DNA of 64,000 bases from Calditrichia bacterium (GTDB lineage Bacteria > Calditrichota > Calditrichia > JAJRVZ01). The notes under the pieces are model-generated. The model ran no database searches. It had not been told where the DNA came from and saw nothing but the letters and a program-made list of their open reading frames with translations. The position numbers were made by a program, and so were the translations under genes. Below, one piece after another: positions 43,867-54,179 of the stretch. The stretch's first letter is position 1, and each line of letters opens with the position of its first letter. The stretch spans positions 224,001 through 288,000 of the forward strand of contig CAVZSQ010000022.1 in assembly GCA_963777955.1 (NCBI GenBank), given 5' to 3'.

Positions 43867-46357
43867 ATGAAATACCGTTCTTCTTTTCAATTATTCTGTT
43901 TTTGTGTTCTCTTGTTAAGTGGTTGTAAACCGGAGAAATTTTCAGAATCAAAATTAATTCAACATTTTAATGGCCGATATGGTCAACTCGAAATAGGCGG
44001 AAAATACGCCGGGCTTGAATTTCATCATAGCCGGCCGCTGCCTGCGCGGATCAGTTTTTACTATCCGGTAGCCAACAGTATCGATTTGAGTACAGACTAC
44101 TGGCAGCGTGACCGCTCTTTACCATATACCCTGCTGATTCACTGTAAGGATAAAACCGACAGTATTGCCGCGCTATCCTGTGATTATTCCTATACTCCCT
44201 ATCAGGCACAATTTGAAATTTTGGATGCTGATTACCGCTTGCGCATCACATATGATTTTTGTGATGATCTGCCCATTGTGGCGGTCCAGTTTAAGTTGCA
44301 GAATATAACCAACCAAAATACAAAATATTCATTAAGCCTCGATCTGAAAACTATTTTACGAACCTGCCATAGCTACGCTACACGCTTTCCTGCCGGTATC
44401 GAATATGGGGCAAATTGTCAATATGCCATAGCAAGTTTTGAAAGCAGTGATACCGATTCCTGCTTGTTGTTCGTGATAAATCAGTTCGGAATAAATGGCA
44501 ATGCTAATGTCCTGGAAAAAATATCTGCGATTGATTCTATTCCAGCGGTTCGATTCCGTTATACACAGGAACTTGCTCCGAACCAGGAATTAACATTCAA
44601 CCAATTAATCGGTTCCTGTAAGCGGACGGAAAAGGATTCTTTACTTCCGCTTATCCACAAACGTTACCAAAGCAGTATCAAACAGAACCATGACCAAATA
44701 GCATCATATATTTATGACCAGTCTAATCTCGACCTGCAGGATTCGACACTGTTGGAAACTTATTTGTGGTCAAAAGCAGTCATGGCCGTCAACCGCCATT
44801 ATCTGAATGGTTCTGTGGTGCCCATGCCTTGCCCGGCAGAATACAATTTTTTCTTTACCCATGATGCTTTACTTACCGATCTGGCAGCTGTTAATTTTGA
44901 TTTAGACCGTGTCCGGCGCGATCTGCTCTATCTGCTCAGTCTGAGCAAAGCCGATTCCATTTTACCCCATGCCTATTATTTCAAAGATGGTCTATATCAA
45001 ACCGAGTATTGCAGCAGTGATAATTGGAATCATCTCTGGTTCCTGATCCTGGCCGGCAGCTGATTATCAGCACAGTGCCGACCTGACCACCATACGACAA
45101 ATCTACCCGCTGCTTAAAAAAAGCGTGGAACTGATGCTGCAGAATAAAAGAACAGATCAATTGATGTATGCTTTTCGACCGGACTGGTGGGATATCGGAC
45201 ATATCTATGGCGCCCGCAGTTATCTGACTATTTTGATGATCCAGGCTTTACGCTCATATGTACAGGTGAGTCTGATCCTGGAGCAGAACCCTGACCGGTT
45301 ATTGCATTATTTACAACTTGCTGATCAGATGAAAGAATCATTATCTGCCCGATTGTGGAATGAACCACGTGGATTTTTATTTAATATGCTGGATACCGTT
45401 GCTGTGGATACACATTATTATGCGGGATCATTGCTATCTGCCGTATTTAACATCCTTGATGATAGCAGCAATAGACGTTTATTGCAGACGGCCGGAGAAA
45501 AACTGCTTGACCCGAATATCGGAATTCGTATCGCCATGCCGGCGGATTTCCATCAATTGATCGATTTATACCGATTTAATGATCTGGAAATGGGTAAGCC
45601 CTATCTGTACTTAAACGGCGGTTGCTGGCCGCATGGAACGGCATGGTACATTCTGGGCCTGATTCAGACCGGACAGATTGAGGAAGCACACCAGGCCCTT
45701 AAAAAATATTTAACGCTGGATGGTATTACCCGCAGTCCAAGAGGTCAACCCTCCTTCTATGAATATCGTAATACTGATCGCGGATCGCAGCAGTATGGTG
45801 AGATTGATAAACCTACATTTTTATGGGCAGGGGGCTGGTATCTGTATACACTTTACAGGCTTTTAGGTTTGCGGGAAGATCCGGAAAATGTTTATTTTCA
45901 TCCGGGCATACCCGTCGCAGTTGGTGAGCAAATAGAATATGATCTGAACGTTTTTGGTTCACGGGCTCGGGTCCACTGGCAGGGAAGTGGAAAATATTTT
46001 GAACGGATACTTTTTGACGATCAACAGGTTCCGACCAGTGTGCTTTTTAAACCGGTACGGGACATAAAACTGGTACGCGGTAAACCTCAGCGACCGTATT
46101 TATGTAAAGCGAATGTCATGATCGGTTTAATTTCCTTTGATCAGGATTCAAAAGTGTTAAAGATGACTTTAAATGGTGTCGCCGGACAAAGAGCGCAGTT
46201 AGAAATAGTTTCACCACAGGATCTGGATTCTGTGATGCTTAATCAACTACAGTTTAAGGATGGTATTTCTATCCGCAGTGATAATGATATCCAAATCTAT
46301 AAAATCGTTTTTATTTTAGCAAAGCAGCAGACAGTATTAGAATGTATGTTTCGATAG
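43867..46357 (+). CDS. Lipoprotein, putative six-hairpin glycosidase (GH63/GH94/GH116-like fold) (+1 frameshift near 45060)
   Basis: Lipobox LSGC; FFTHDALL, IYPLLKK, YLNGGCWP, FYEYRN, FLWAGG..LYRLLGL. ORFs 43867-45063 and 45125-46357. Confidence 0.7.
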
Positions 46358-46388
46358 AAACAGATCCACAGGAGAATAAAATCACACA

Positions 46389-48830
46389 ATGCGCAAATCC
46401 TGTCCATTGCAGCAAAACTGGCAGTTCAGATATATAACAGCAAAAAATAAGACCGGTCAACCCCGGCTGAAAAAGAAAGGCTGGCAACCGGCAACTGTTC
46501 CGGGTACCGTTCATACCGATTTACTTACTGGCAAACAAATTCCTGATCCGTTTTATGCTGATAATGAAGTTACCCTGGACTGGATCTGTAAAAACAACTG
46601 GCAGTACCGGAATCAATTTAATCTGCCGCCGGACTTTGAGGTCAGTAAACCGCTGTATATAATATTTGACGGAATTGATACCTTTGCCGAAATATCTCTG
46701 AACGGCCATGTTCTCGGTAATACTGAAAATATGTTCCGCACCTACCGCTGGGAGATCTCCCGGTATGTCAGCAGGAAGAAAAATATATTGCTGGTTACAT
46801 TTACCAATCCTTTTGAAATCTATCAAAATATACGACGGGATAAAGGGGCTGATTTCGATCCCTCCTGGGAACAACGGGTTTATTTACGTAAAGCACAATA
46901 TTCTTTCGGCTGGGACTGGGGTCCGGCCTTGCCTACTATGGGTATCTGGCGTCAGGTCCGCCTGGAACAGGACGACAAAATTAGAATCAAAGCGCTGCGC
47001 TTTACCACTCAGGAGGTTAAAAATAACCGGGCCCGTATAAAAGTCATGGTAGACTGTGAGGGGCAAGGCGAGCGGATCTCTGTGGTAAGAGTCAGACTTG
47101 CCGGTCAAAGATCGCACTACGAGACATTCCTGGCGCCCTCATCCGCATCCAAAGGACAATTACACTATATCTTCGACTGGGAAATAGCGGATCCGCTATT
47201 ATGGTGGCCTAATGGCATGGGTAAAGCCAACCTGTACGATCTGGAAGCAGCGGTTTTGGATCATCATGGGAAAGTTATTGATTCCTGGTTGAAGAAAGTA
47301 GGAATTCGCACCGTAGAATTGAGACAAAACGAAGCGGGGAAACCGGTTTTTCGCTTTCTGATTAACGGAGAACCTCTGTATATCAAGGGCGGCAACTGGA
47401 TTCCCGCTGATTCTTTTTTACCACGGGTAACTTATCAACGATACCGGCAGTTGCTGAACGATGCCTGCCAGGCTCATCTGAATATGATCAGAGTATGGGG
47501 CGGAGGAGTTTATGAAGATGATATATTTTATCAATTATGCGATGAGTCAGGTTTACTGGTTTGGCAGGACTTTATGTTTGCCTGTTCGGCTTATCCGGAA
47601 TATCCCGAATTCCTGCAAAATATACAGGAGGAGTTGAAACAGAACATTCTGCGTTTGCAGCATCATCCCGCTCTGGCTGTCTGGTGTGGCAACAACGAGA
47701 ATGAATGGATCTGGCAACGCCGGGGAAACCCGCATCTTGAAACTATGCCCGGTTTCCAAATCTATCATCAACTCATCCCAGCAATACTTAAGGAATTAGA
47801 TCCGGATCGACCTTACCGGCCCAGTTCGCCCTATGGTGCTGATCCCGATCCGAACAGCGTGACCAGCGGCAACCGCCACCAGTGGGATATCTGGAGTTTT
47901 TGGCAGGATTATACGCAGGTGAAAGATGATATAAGTCTGTTTGTGACCGAATTCGGATTTCAGGCTCCGGCAAACCGGCAAACCCTGGAGGCGGTGATTC
48001 CGCCGCCGATGCGATACATACAAAGCAGATTATTTGAATGGCATAATAAGCAGATTGAAGGCAACGAGCGCCTGATTCGTTTCCTGGCCGGACATTTGCC
48101 GGTCTGTCCGCAATGGCCGGATTATATCTACCTGACACAACTCAACCAGGGCTTTGCTTTAAAAACATGCCTGGAACATTGGCGCCGGCACTGGCCGGAA
48201 ACCAGCGGCAGTATCATCTGGCAGATCAACGATTGCTGGCCGGTAAGCAGCTGGTCCTTAATTGATTCCGGCCTGCATCCTAAACTCAGTTATTTTTTTG
48301 TGGTCAAAGCCTTTTCGCCCTGTTTTATATCCCTGGAAAAAGAAGAAGATTATTTGCAGGTCAGTTTATGCTGTGATCAAAACCAGACTGGAATACTGAA
48401 TCTTGTTGTTTACCGGCTTTCCTCAGGTAAAAAAATTACCGGCCAGCGAATTGAGGTTGATCTGCAAAAACACGAGTGCCGGAACTGGAATGTTCCTGTA
48501 TCCAAACTGACGGTACAAGAAGATTGGATTGCCATCGCCACGGTTTACGATAAAGAAGGAGAAGTTCTTAATCGGAATTATTTTATCCCGGGCCGCTGGA
48601 AACATCAGCGGATCGCCGATGCAAAAATTAGAATTCAGAGAAAAAACAAAAATCTTAAAATTACCTGCAGAAAACCAGCTTATTTTGTCGATCTCTATCA
48701 TCCCCGGTATCATTTTGAAGACAGGGCCTTTATTTTGTTACCAGGTGAGGAAAAGAAATTCTCAATCCCCGACGGAATATCTTTAAAAGATATCCGGATT
48801 TTTATATTGAATTCCTATCTTAAGCATTAA
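46389..48830 (+). CDS. GH2 beta-mannosidase
   Basis: ATVPGTVHTDL, RKAQYSFGWDWGP, KGGNWIP, NMIRVWGGG, WQDFMFAC, WCGNNE, TEFGFQ, WQINDCWP; no signal peptide. Confidence 0.93.
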   Translation: MRKSCPLQQNWQFRYITAKNKTGQPRLKKKGWQPATVPGTVHTDLLTGKQIPDPFYADNEVTLDWICKNNWQYRNQFNLPPDFEVSKPLYIIFDGIDTFAEISLNGHVLGNTENMFRTYRWEISRYVSRKKNILLVTFTNPFEIYQNIRRDKGADFDPSWEQRVYLRKAQYSFGWDWGPALPTMGIWRQVRLEQDDKIRIKALRFTTQEVKNNRARIKVMVDCEGQGERISVVRVRLAGQRSHYETFLAPSSASKGQLHYIFDWEIADPLLWWPNGMGKANLYDLEAAVLDHHGKVIDSWLKKVGIRTVELRQNEAGKPVFRFLINGEPLYIKGGNWIPADSFLPRVTYQRYRQLLNDACQAHLNMIRVWGGGVYEDDIFYQLCDESGLLVWQDFMFACSAYPEYPEFLQNIQEELKQNILRLQHHPALAVWCGNNENEWIWQRRGNPHLETMPGFQIYHQLIPAILKELDPDRPYRPSSPYGADPDPNSVTSGNRHQWDIWSFWQDYTQVKDDISLFVTEFGFQAPANRQTLEAVIPPPMRYIQSRLFEWHNKQIEGNERLIRFLAGHLPVCPQWPDYIYLTQLNQGFALKTCLEHWRRHWPETSGSIIWQINDCWPVSSWSLIDSGLHPKLSYFFVVKAFSPCFISLEKEEDYLQVSLCCDQNQTGILNLVVYRLSSGKKITGQRIEVDLQKHECRNWNVPVSKLTVQEDWIAIATVYDKEGEVLNRNYFIPGRWKHQRIADAKIRIQRKNKNLKITCRKPAYFVDLYHPRYHFEDRAFILLPGEEKKFSIPDGISLKDIRIFILNSYLKH

Positions 48831-48934
48831 TTAATATTCAGTTGCGGGAAATGATTGGCATACTTTTTTCTGCTTATTCTTCCGAACGGAATTAATTCTA
48901 AATTCAACCATAGAACATCATTCCGGATAAAATA

Positions 48935-48974
48935 AGTTAAAGTTAATATAAGCAATGAAAATTAACTTTTAACT
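48935..48974. terminator. AT-rich inverted repeat between convergent genes
   Basis: AGTTAAAGTTAAT...ATTAACTTTTAACT. Confidence 0.35.
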
Positions 48975-49063
48975 CAGCGGATTTAATGGCATAGTTGTTA
49001 TCTTCAGGGCCGGGCGGCTATGAAAATATTTCGGCAAACTACAACTGATACGCTGATAAAGGA

Positions 49064-51151
49064 TTATTTAATCAAATTCATTTTCCCGGCCAGCAAGGCA
49101 TCACCAAAATCAACGATATACAGATAAGTGCCTGAAGCAGCGCTGAGTCCGTTGGCATAGGTGCCATTCCAATGTACCTGATATACTCCCGGGCCATTGA
49201 TGGTAACCATGAGGGTGCATACCAACCTTCCCAGGGTATCGTAAATCCTGACTACGACCATACCATACAGGTCGGTGTTAATCTGAAACGAAATAGTAGT
49301 GCCCGGATTAAACGGATTGGGATAATTACCCAGTAATGTATATTTTTCTGGATAATGTCCGCTGGTTTTAATGCTCTCATCGCTTTCTACAGAAATCGGA
49401 TCGCCGCCGCTCAAACTGGTAAATGGACTCAACACGGCATAACTCAGGCTAATATCGATTATCAAATTCTTAATAGATTGCGCTTCGGCAGATTCAGGAT
49501 TCAGCGAGTAATATTGTATCAGCAGGTTTTCTATTTTTGTTTTAGCCCATACTTTGGTTAAAAATTGATATTTGTCAATAATCGAATCCTGTAAAACCAG
49601 GTCGTAATGATATGTTACCGGTTGCCCGAAGGCCTCCCCGGAAAGAGTGATCGATACTGGCAGGGCTTCCTGATAGCGGCCGGCCACCAGCATCTGCTGA
49701 CCTTTATATAAATTTGGCAACGGGGATGGATAGGTTTCAGAAATGGTTGGCGATGAAAAGGTCATCTGCGTATTCAGTAATACCGGATTCCTGATCTGCA
49801 TATAAAATTCGGTAATGCGCACCTCCAGTTCCGCGCTGCCCAGAAATTCGGCCAGACCGTCATTCTGCACGGCCAGTAATGTCAATAACTGCTGATTGAC
49901 GTCAGTGCCGACGCCAAAAGTAAAAATCATTACTTTAGTTTCGGTTTGCTGTATCCTGGTACTGACACCGTTTAGGATGCCACCGGTATCGGTAGTCCCG
50001 GTAGTAGCCTGACCGTCGGTGAAGAAAATAATAATATTTGCCGTGCTGTCGGTAGCAGCGCCGAACTGGCCGATGGCCAGATCAAAGGCTCCGGAAATAT
50101 TAGTCAAACCATTCGCCTGTAAGGTGGAAATATAGGCTAAGGCATCCGTTTTATTTTGCTCGGTAAAATCGACATGCGCCGGTCGGAAACTGCTGATTGC
50201 AGTACTAAAATCAATGATATTGAATTTATCACCTGGATTTAAATTCTCAGTGATAAAAGTAGCTGCGTTTTTAGCTTGCGTCATTTTTGCACCGGTCGCC
50301 ATACTGCCGGAACGGTCGATGATCAGAGTAAAAACCTTTTTTATTACATCGGCACCGGCACCCGGGTCCGGTTCAGCTATGAAAACAAAGAAACCGTTGC
50401 CATGCTCATCGGGCACAAGCGTATCAGCGATAGTTGTGCTCAGACTGAATAAGCCCAGTTCCGCAGAATTAAGCGTATACTGTAATCTGTAATTAGCATT
50501 GGCGGAGAATTCATATAGACCGGTACTTACATGAGCAGTATGCCCATCATTTGTAAAATCGGAAGCAGTATGGCTCAGCAGTTGAATGTTATCAATGGTC
50601 CTCTCGGAATACAGATTAAAATCAAGTTCCTGTAGATTCAAAGCAGTTGATTGTAACAGACTGTAATCATTGGGATATTCAAATTCCACTTTTCCGAAAC
50701 TGTAAGGCAGAAGTTGCACATAACTCAATTGGACAATCAACAGGGAATCGACTTTCAACTTTTGTTCGATATTAAAGTAGAGAGGAGTGGCTCCCAGATA
50801 GGTCTCGAGATTCGGATGCATTTCTCCGCCCGGACCGGGTTGGGAGGTATCCTGGGGCGTAGGGGCAAAATTGGCCTGATACCAGATATTGTTTATATTC
50901 CAGAGTAATTCCGTCGCGCTGGCATTTTCGGGCAGGGGAAAACCATATTTGACTAATTGTTGTGCACCGGTTTGATTCATAAATGTCTGGGTGGTGGTTA
51001 CCAGGGCAACCTGATTTTCAACGGTCACCTGCACCTGGCTGGAAAGCAGGGTTAAATAGACCCCGTTCTTGGCATCAATAATACACACACCATTAGCAAA
51101 ACTGCCGGTACAAAGCAGGGATAATAATAGTACTAATACCAAGTACTTCAT
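49064..51151 (-). CDS. Secreted VIT + von Willebrand A domain protein with T9SS CTD
   Basis: Signal MKYLVLVLLL; VIT FPLPENA; MIDAS IIDRSGSM, FFTDG, FTFGVG; NYPNPFNP..KMNLIK. Confidence 0.9.
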   Translation of the reverse strand: MKYLVLVLLLSLLCTGSFANGVCIIDAKNGVYLTLLSSQVQVTVENQVALVTTTQTFMNQTGAQQLVKYGFPLPENASATELLWNINNIWYQANFAPTPQDTSQPGPGGEMHPNLETYLGATPLYFNIEQKLKVDSLLIVQLSYVQLLPYSFGKVEFEYPNDYSLLQSTALNLQELDFNLYSERTIDNIQLLSHTASDFTNDGHTAHVSTGLYEFSANANYRLQYTLNSAELGLFSLSTTIADTLVPDEHGNGFFVFIAEPDPGAGADVIKKVFTLIIDRSGSMATGAKMTQAKNAATFITENLNPGDKFNIIDFSTAISSFRPAHVDFTEQNKTDALAYISTLQANGLTNISGAFDLAIGQFGAATDSTANIIIFFTDGQATTGTTDTGGILNGVSTRIQQTETKVMIFTFGVGTDVNQQLLTLLAVQNDGLAEFLGSAELEVRITEFYMQIRNPVLLNTQMTFSSPTISETYPSPLPNLYKGQQMLVAGRYQEALPVSITLSGEAFGQPVTYHYDLVLQDSIIDKYQFLTKVWAKTKIENLLIQYYSLNPESAEAQSIKNLIIDISLSYAVLSPFTSLSGGDPISVESDESIKTSGHYPEKYTLLGNYPNPFNPGTTISFQINTDLYGMVVVRIYDTLGRLVCTLMVTINGPGVYQVHWNGTYANGLSAASGTYLYIVDFGDALLAGKMNLIK

Positions 51152-51419
51152 AATGTCTTTTCTCCTACAACTTGACAAAATGACTGAATAAATGTCTTTA
51201 AACCAGAGAATATTTAGTTCTAATTTATTGCCAGTATATCAGTACAGCCGGTATAAAGATTATTAGCTGTGTACGCAAAAACAAATAATGAATCATTGCA
51301 ATTTGCCTAACGTCAATTCTAAAACTTTTGTTCATGAATGTAAATGAGAATCCGTCTGCAATAAATATATGAATAAATGTGGAAATACAAGGGGGGGTAT
51401 ATTGGTAAATGTTATTTAG

Positions 51420-51479
51420 GTAAGGACAAAGGATAAAGGGTAAAGGCTTAAGGGTAAAAATAGGCACTATGGTACTAAA
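51420..51479. repeat. Degenerate 7-bp tandem repeat (NNAAAGG, about 6 copies) plus inverted copies of the 8-bp unit
   Basis: GTAAGG ACAAAGG ATAAAGG GTAAAGG CTTAAGG GTAAAAA, then AGGCACTATGGTACTAA. Confidence 0.65.
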
Positions 51480-51515
51480 TCTTAAGCCTAGTGCGGTGCT
51501 CAGTACTTTCATGTA

Positions 51516-52556
51516 CTACAGTATAAATATGTTATTCTCCCGGCATTGTTTGATGACATCCTCCGGCCAGACGCTGCTCTGGATTTCTCCGATATGGGCT
51601 TTACGCAGGTAAAACATGCACAAGCGCGATTGTCCGATTCCCCCGCCGATAGACAACGGAAACTCTCCCTGCAATAAGCGCCGGTGATATAGCAGATCTT
51701 TTTTTCTCATTTCATTCTTTAATTTCAGTTGTCGCAATAATGCTTCGGGATCGACGCGAATGCCCATTGAGGATAATTCATAAACACAATCCAGTACCGG
51801 GTAATGGACCAGGATATCCCCATTCAGTCCTTTATGCTTACTGCTGGTGGGGCTGGACCAATCGTCGTAATCAGCGGCCCGGTTATCATGAGGTTTACCG
51901 TTGCTCAGGGTAGAACCGATGCCGATGACAAACACCGCACCATATTCCCGGCAGATCATTATCTCCCGTTGCTGTGGGGTCAGGTCCGGGTATTCTTCTG
52001 CCAGATCTTCGCTATGTTTGAATACAATGTTCTCGGGCAGGATCGGCTTGATTTTGGGATAAAGATGAAAAATATACTTCTCGGTGCGTTTGATCACTTC
52101 ATAGATGATGGTAACCACACTTTTTAAATAGTGCAGATTATGCTGATCAGCAGTGATCACTTTCTCCCAATCCCATTGGTCGACATAGATGGAGTGCAGG
52201 TTATCCAGACGCTCATCCGGACGGATAGCATTCATATCCGTATAGATTCCTTCACCGGTTTTAATCTTATAATCGGCCAGGGTTATTCGTTTCCATTTGG
52301 CCAGGGATTGCACAATTTCCACCCAGGTTTGACCCATATCCTTGACATTGAAAGCTACCGGTTTTTCGACCCCTGATAATTCATCATTGATGCCGGTGTT
52401 GGCCTTCACGAAAAGCGGGGCAGTGGTTCGTATCAAGTTCAGCTCGAAGGATAAATTTGTCTGAAAGAACTCCTTGATCAGGCGGATCGCTTTTTCGGTT
52501 TCCTTCACATCCAGCGGGGAATGGTATTTCTGGGGAATAAACAAACTTGATTTCAA
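51516..52556 (-). CDS. asnA: Aspartate--ammonia ligase (asparagine synthetase A)
   Basis: EIVQSLAKWKR, GIYTDMNAIRPDE, HSIYVDQWDWE, RAADYDDW, ELSSMGIRVD, SIGGGIGQSRLCM; AAGGAG RBS before TTG. Confidence 0.96.
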   Translation of the reverse strand: MKSSLFIPQKYHSPLDVKETEKAIRLIKEFFQTNLSFELNLIRTTAPLFVKANTGINDELSGVEKPVAFNVKDMGQTWVEIVQSLAKWKRITLADYKIKTGEGIYTDMNAIRPDERLDNLHSIYVDQWDWEKVITADQHNLHYLKSVVTIIYEVIKRTEKYIFHLYPKIKPILPENIVFKHSEDLAEEYPDLTPQQREIMICREYGAVFVIGIGSTLSNGKPHDNRAADYDDWSSPTSSKHKGLNGDILVHYPVLDCVYELSSMGIRVDPEALLRQLKLKNEMRKKDLLYHRRLLQGEFPLSIGGGIGQSRLCMFYLRKAHIGEIQSSVWPEDVIKQCRENNIFIL

Positions 52557-52575
52557 TATGGGTCTCCTTCTATTG

Positions 52576-52685
52576 AGGCACTTAGAGAAAAGTACCTTAG
52601 TACCTTAGTCCCTGAGTTCCTTAGTGCCTTAGTAATTGATAAATTACTAAGATATATAAATCATCATACTCAGGTACTCAGGTAC
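52576..52685. repeat. 8-bp tandem repeats (AGTACCTT consensus) in direct and inverted orientation upstream of asnA
   Basis: AGTACCTT AGTACCTT AGTCCCTG AGTTCCTT AGTGCCTT AGTA at 52591-52634; hairpin CTTAGTAATT-GATA-AATTACTAAG; inverted TACTCAGGTACTCAGGTAC at 52667-52685. Confidence 0.75.
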
Positions 52686-52841
52686 ATCAATGATTGATAA
52701 TTTTTTAATTTAAAAAAGTATAATAATAAAAAAAATAGCTGATAAACAGATAATTTATATCTGAGAAAAAATTAGATGTTTAATAGCTGCCGGAAGCCTG
52801 TTTATCTATAAGGCGCTATCTCCGGATCAAAAGCGGTGTTA

Positions 52842-54164
52842 TTATACTCCTGATACTACTACATCGGTAAATACCAGACTGGGCATGCGTCGTGAAGAAT
52901 ATATCCAGGGATCGTTGGCGACTTCTGTCAGTTTATGCCAGAACTTCAGGTGATTATCGGCGATGTTCATTTCGGAGACCGGTTGAACCAATTCGCCCTT
53001 TTCGAAAAGAGTGCCGCTGATGCCCATAGATGTATCACCGGTAGTAGAATTGGAATTGCCGCCGAGAAAACCGGTGATCAGAATACCACGACCGAGGTCT
53101 TTCATAATTTTTTCAACAGAACGTTTTCCAGGAGGAATAAACAGGTTAGATGGATTGCCGCTGGTCGGTTCCCAACCAAGTTTACGGCTATAATACCAAT
53201 CGATGTAAAAATCTTTCAGCACGCCGTCCTCGACCATGATCCGCTTCTTAGCGGCAAATCCGTCATCGTCAAATAAACGGCTGCCTAAACCGGATTTAAA
53301 CAGGGGATGGTCGATCAAAGTGAATTTATCGCTGCCGATTTTCTTTCCTTTTTGATCGGCCAGGAATGATCGTTTCTGCTGTATATTTCTGGCATACATA
53401 CCGGCCAGGAAACCATTGAGCAGGCTGGATGCTACCCGGTTCTCCACGATGATGGGTAAGGTTTCAGTTTTGATTTTTTTCGCACCCAGCAGGGCCAGCG
53501 TGCGTTGAGCAGCAACTGTCCCGATTTTCTCTGCACTGGGGAAATCCTTTTTTGATATGGCTACAACATAATTATAACCGTTTGGCCGGCGGTTGCCTTT
53601 ATCCTGAATCGTCATTTGGGCACCAGCCCAGTAACTGGTACTTTCGATCGCACCTTCAAATCCATTGCTGGTCAGTACAACTGACTCGGAATGACTGTCA
53701 TTTTGCGTGGCGGTAACCGAGATTACTTTATCGCCGCCTTTGTCCAGAGCTGATTCTTCAATCGTTTTTACCAGAGCATGCCTGTCATGTGGAGTAGTCT
53801 TTATGTAATCGGAATCCAGAATATTGAGGTCCAGGGCAGAACGGCCCTGATAATATTTTGGATCGGGCAGGGTGCGATATGCATCTTCGGCCAGAAGTCT
53901 GGTGGTAGCCACAGCATTGTGAATAAAACTCTTCAAAGCCTCCTGGCGCAGATCGGAAGTACTTTGACCGGAGTAACGCTGGTTCACAAATACTTCAATG
54001 TAAAGTTCCCGCGTTGAAGCTTCTTTAATATTTTCCGGTTTACGATCGCGATAACTGATCTCGATGAAGCGTTCACTGTTTATACTTACACGGCACCCGG
54101 CGGCCCCTTCGGCTTTTGCAGTTTGCAGCGACCAGCTGGCTATATCTTTTAGTTCTTGATTCAT
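52842..54164 (-). CDS. pmbA: PmbA/TldE-family protein
   Basis: SFLADQKG, SRLFDDDG, GNSNSTTGDTSMG, PVSEMNIA; lacks HExxGH; adjacent to tldD. Confidence 0.88.
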   Translation of the reverse strand: MNQELKDIASWSLQTAKAEGAAGCRVSINSERFIEISYRDRKPENIKEASTRELYIEVFVNQRYSGQSTSDLRQEALKSFIHNAVATTRLLAEDAYRTLPDPKYYQGRSALDLNILDSDYIKTTPHDRHALVKTIEESALDKGGDKVISVTATQNDSHSESVVLTSNGFEGAIESTSYWAGAQMTIQDKGNRRPNGYNYVVAISKKDFPSAEKIGTVAAQRTLALLGAKKIKTETLPIIVENRVASSLLNGFLAGMYARNIQQKRSFLADQKGKKIGSDKFTLIDHPLFKSGLGSRLFDDDGFAAKKRIMVEDGVLKDFYIDWYYSRKLGWEPTSGNPSNLFIPPGKRSVEKIMKDLGRGILITGFLGGNSNSTTGDTSMGISGTLFEKGELVQPVSEMNIADNHLKFWHKLTEVANDPWIYSSRRMPSLVFTDVVVSGV

Positions 54165-54179
54165 GATTTGCTCCTTGTC

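Noticed and set aside
45055..45070. TGA readthrough or selenocysteine
   Set aside because: The continuation is in a different frame, so this is an indel and not recoding.
51225..51512. 95-aa ORF downstream of asnA
   Set aside because: It runs through AT-rich intergenic DNA and the heptamer repeats, with no RBS or motif.
52591..52685. Mini-CRISPR or iteron array
   Set aside because: Units are 8 bp and contiguous, with no spacers and no cas or rep gene.
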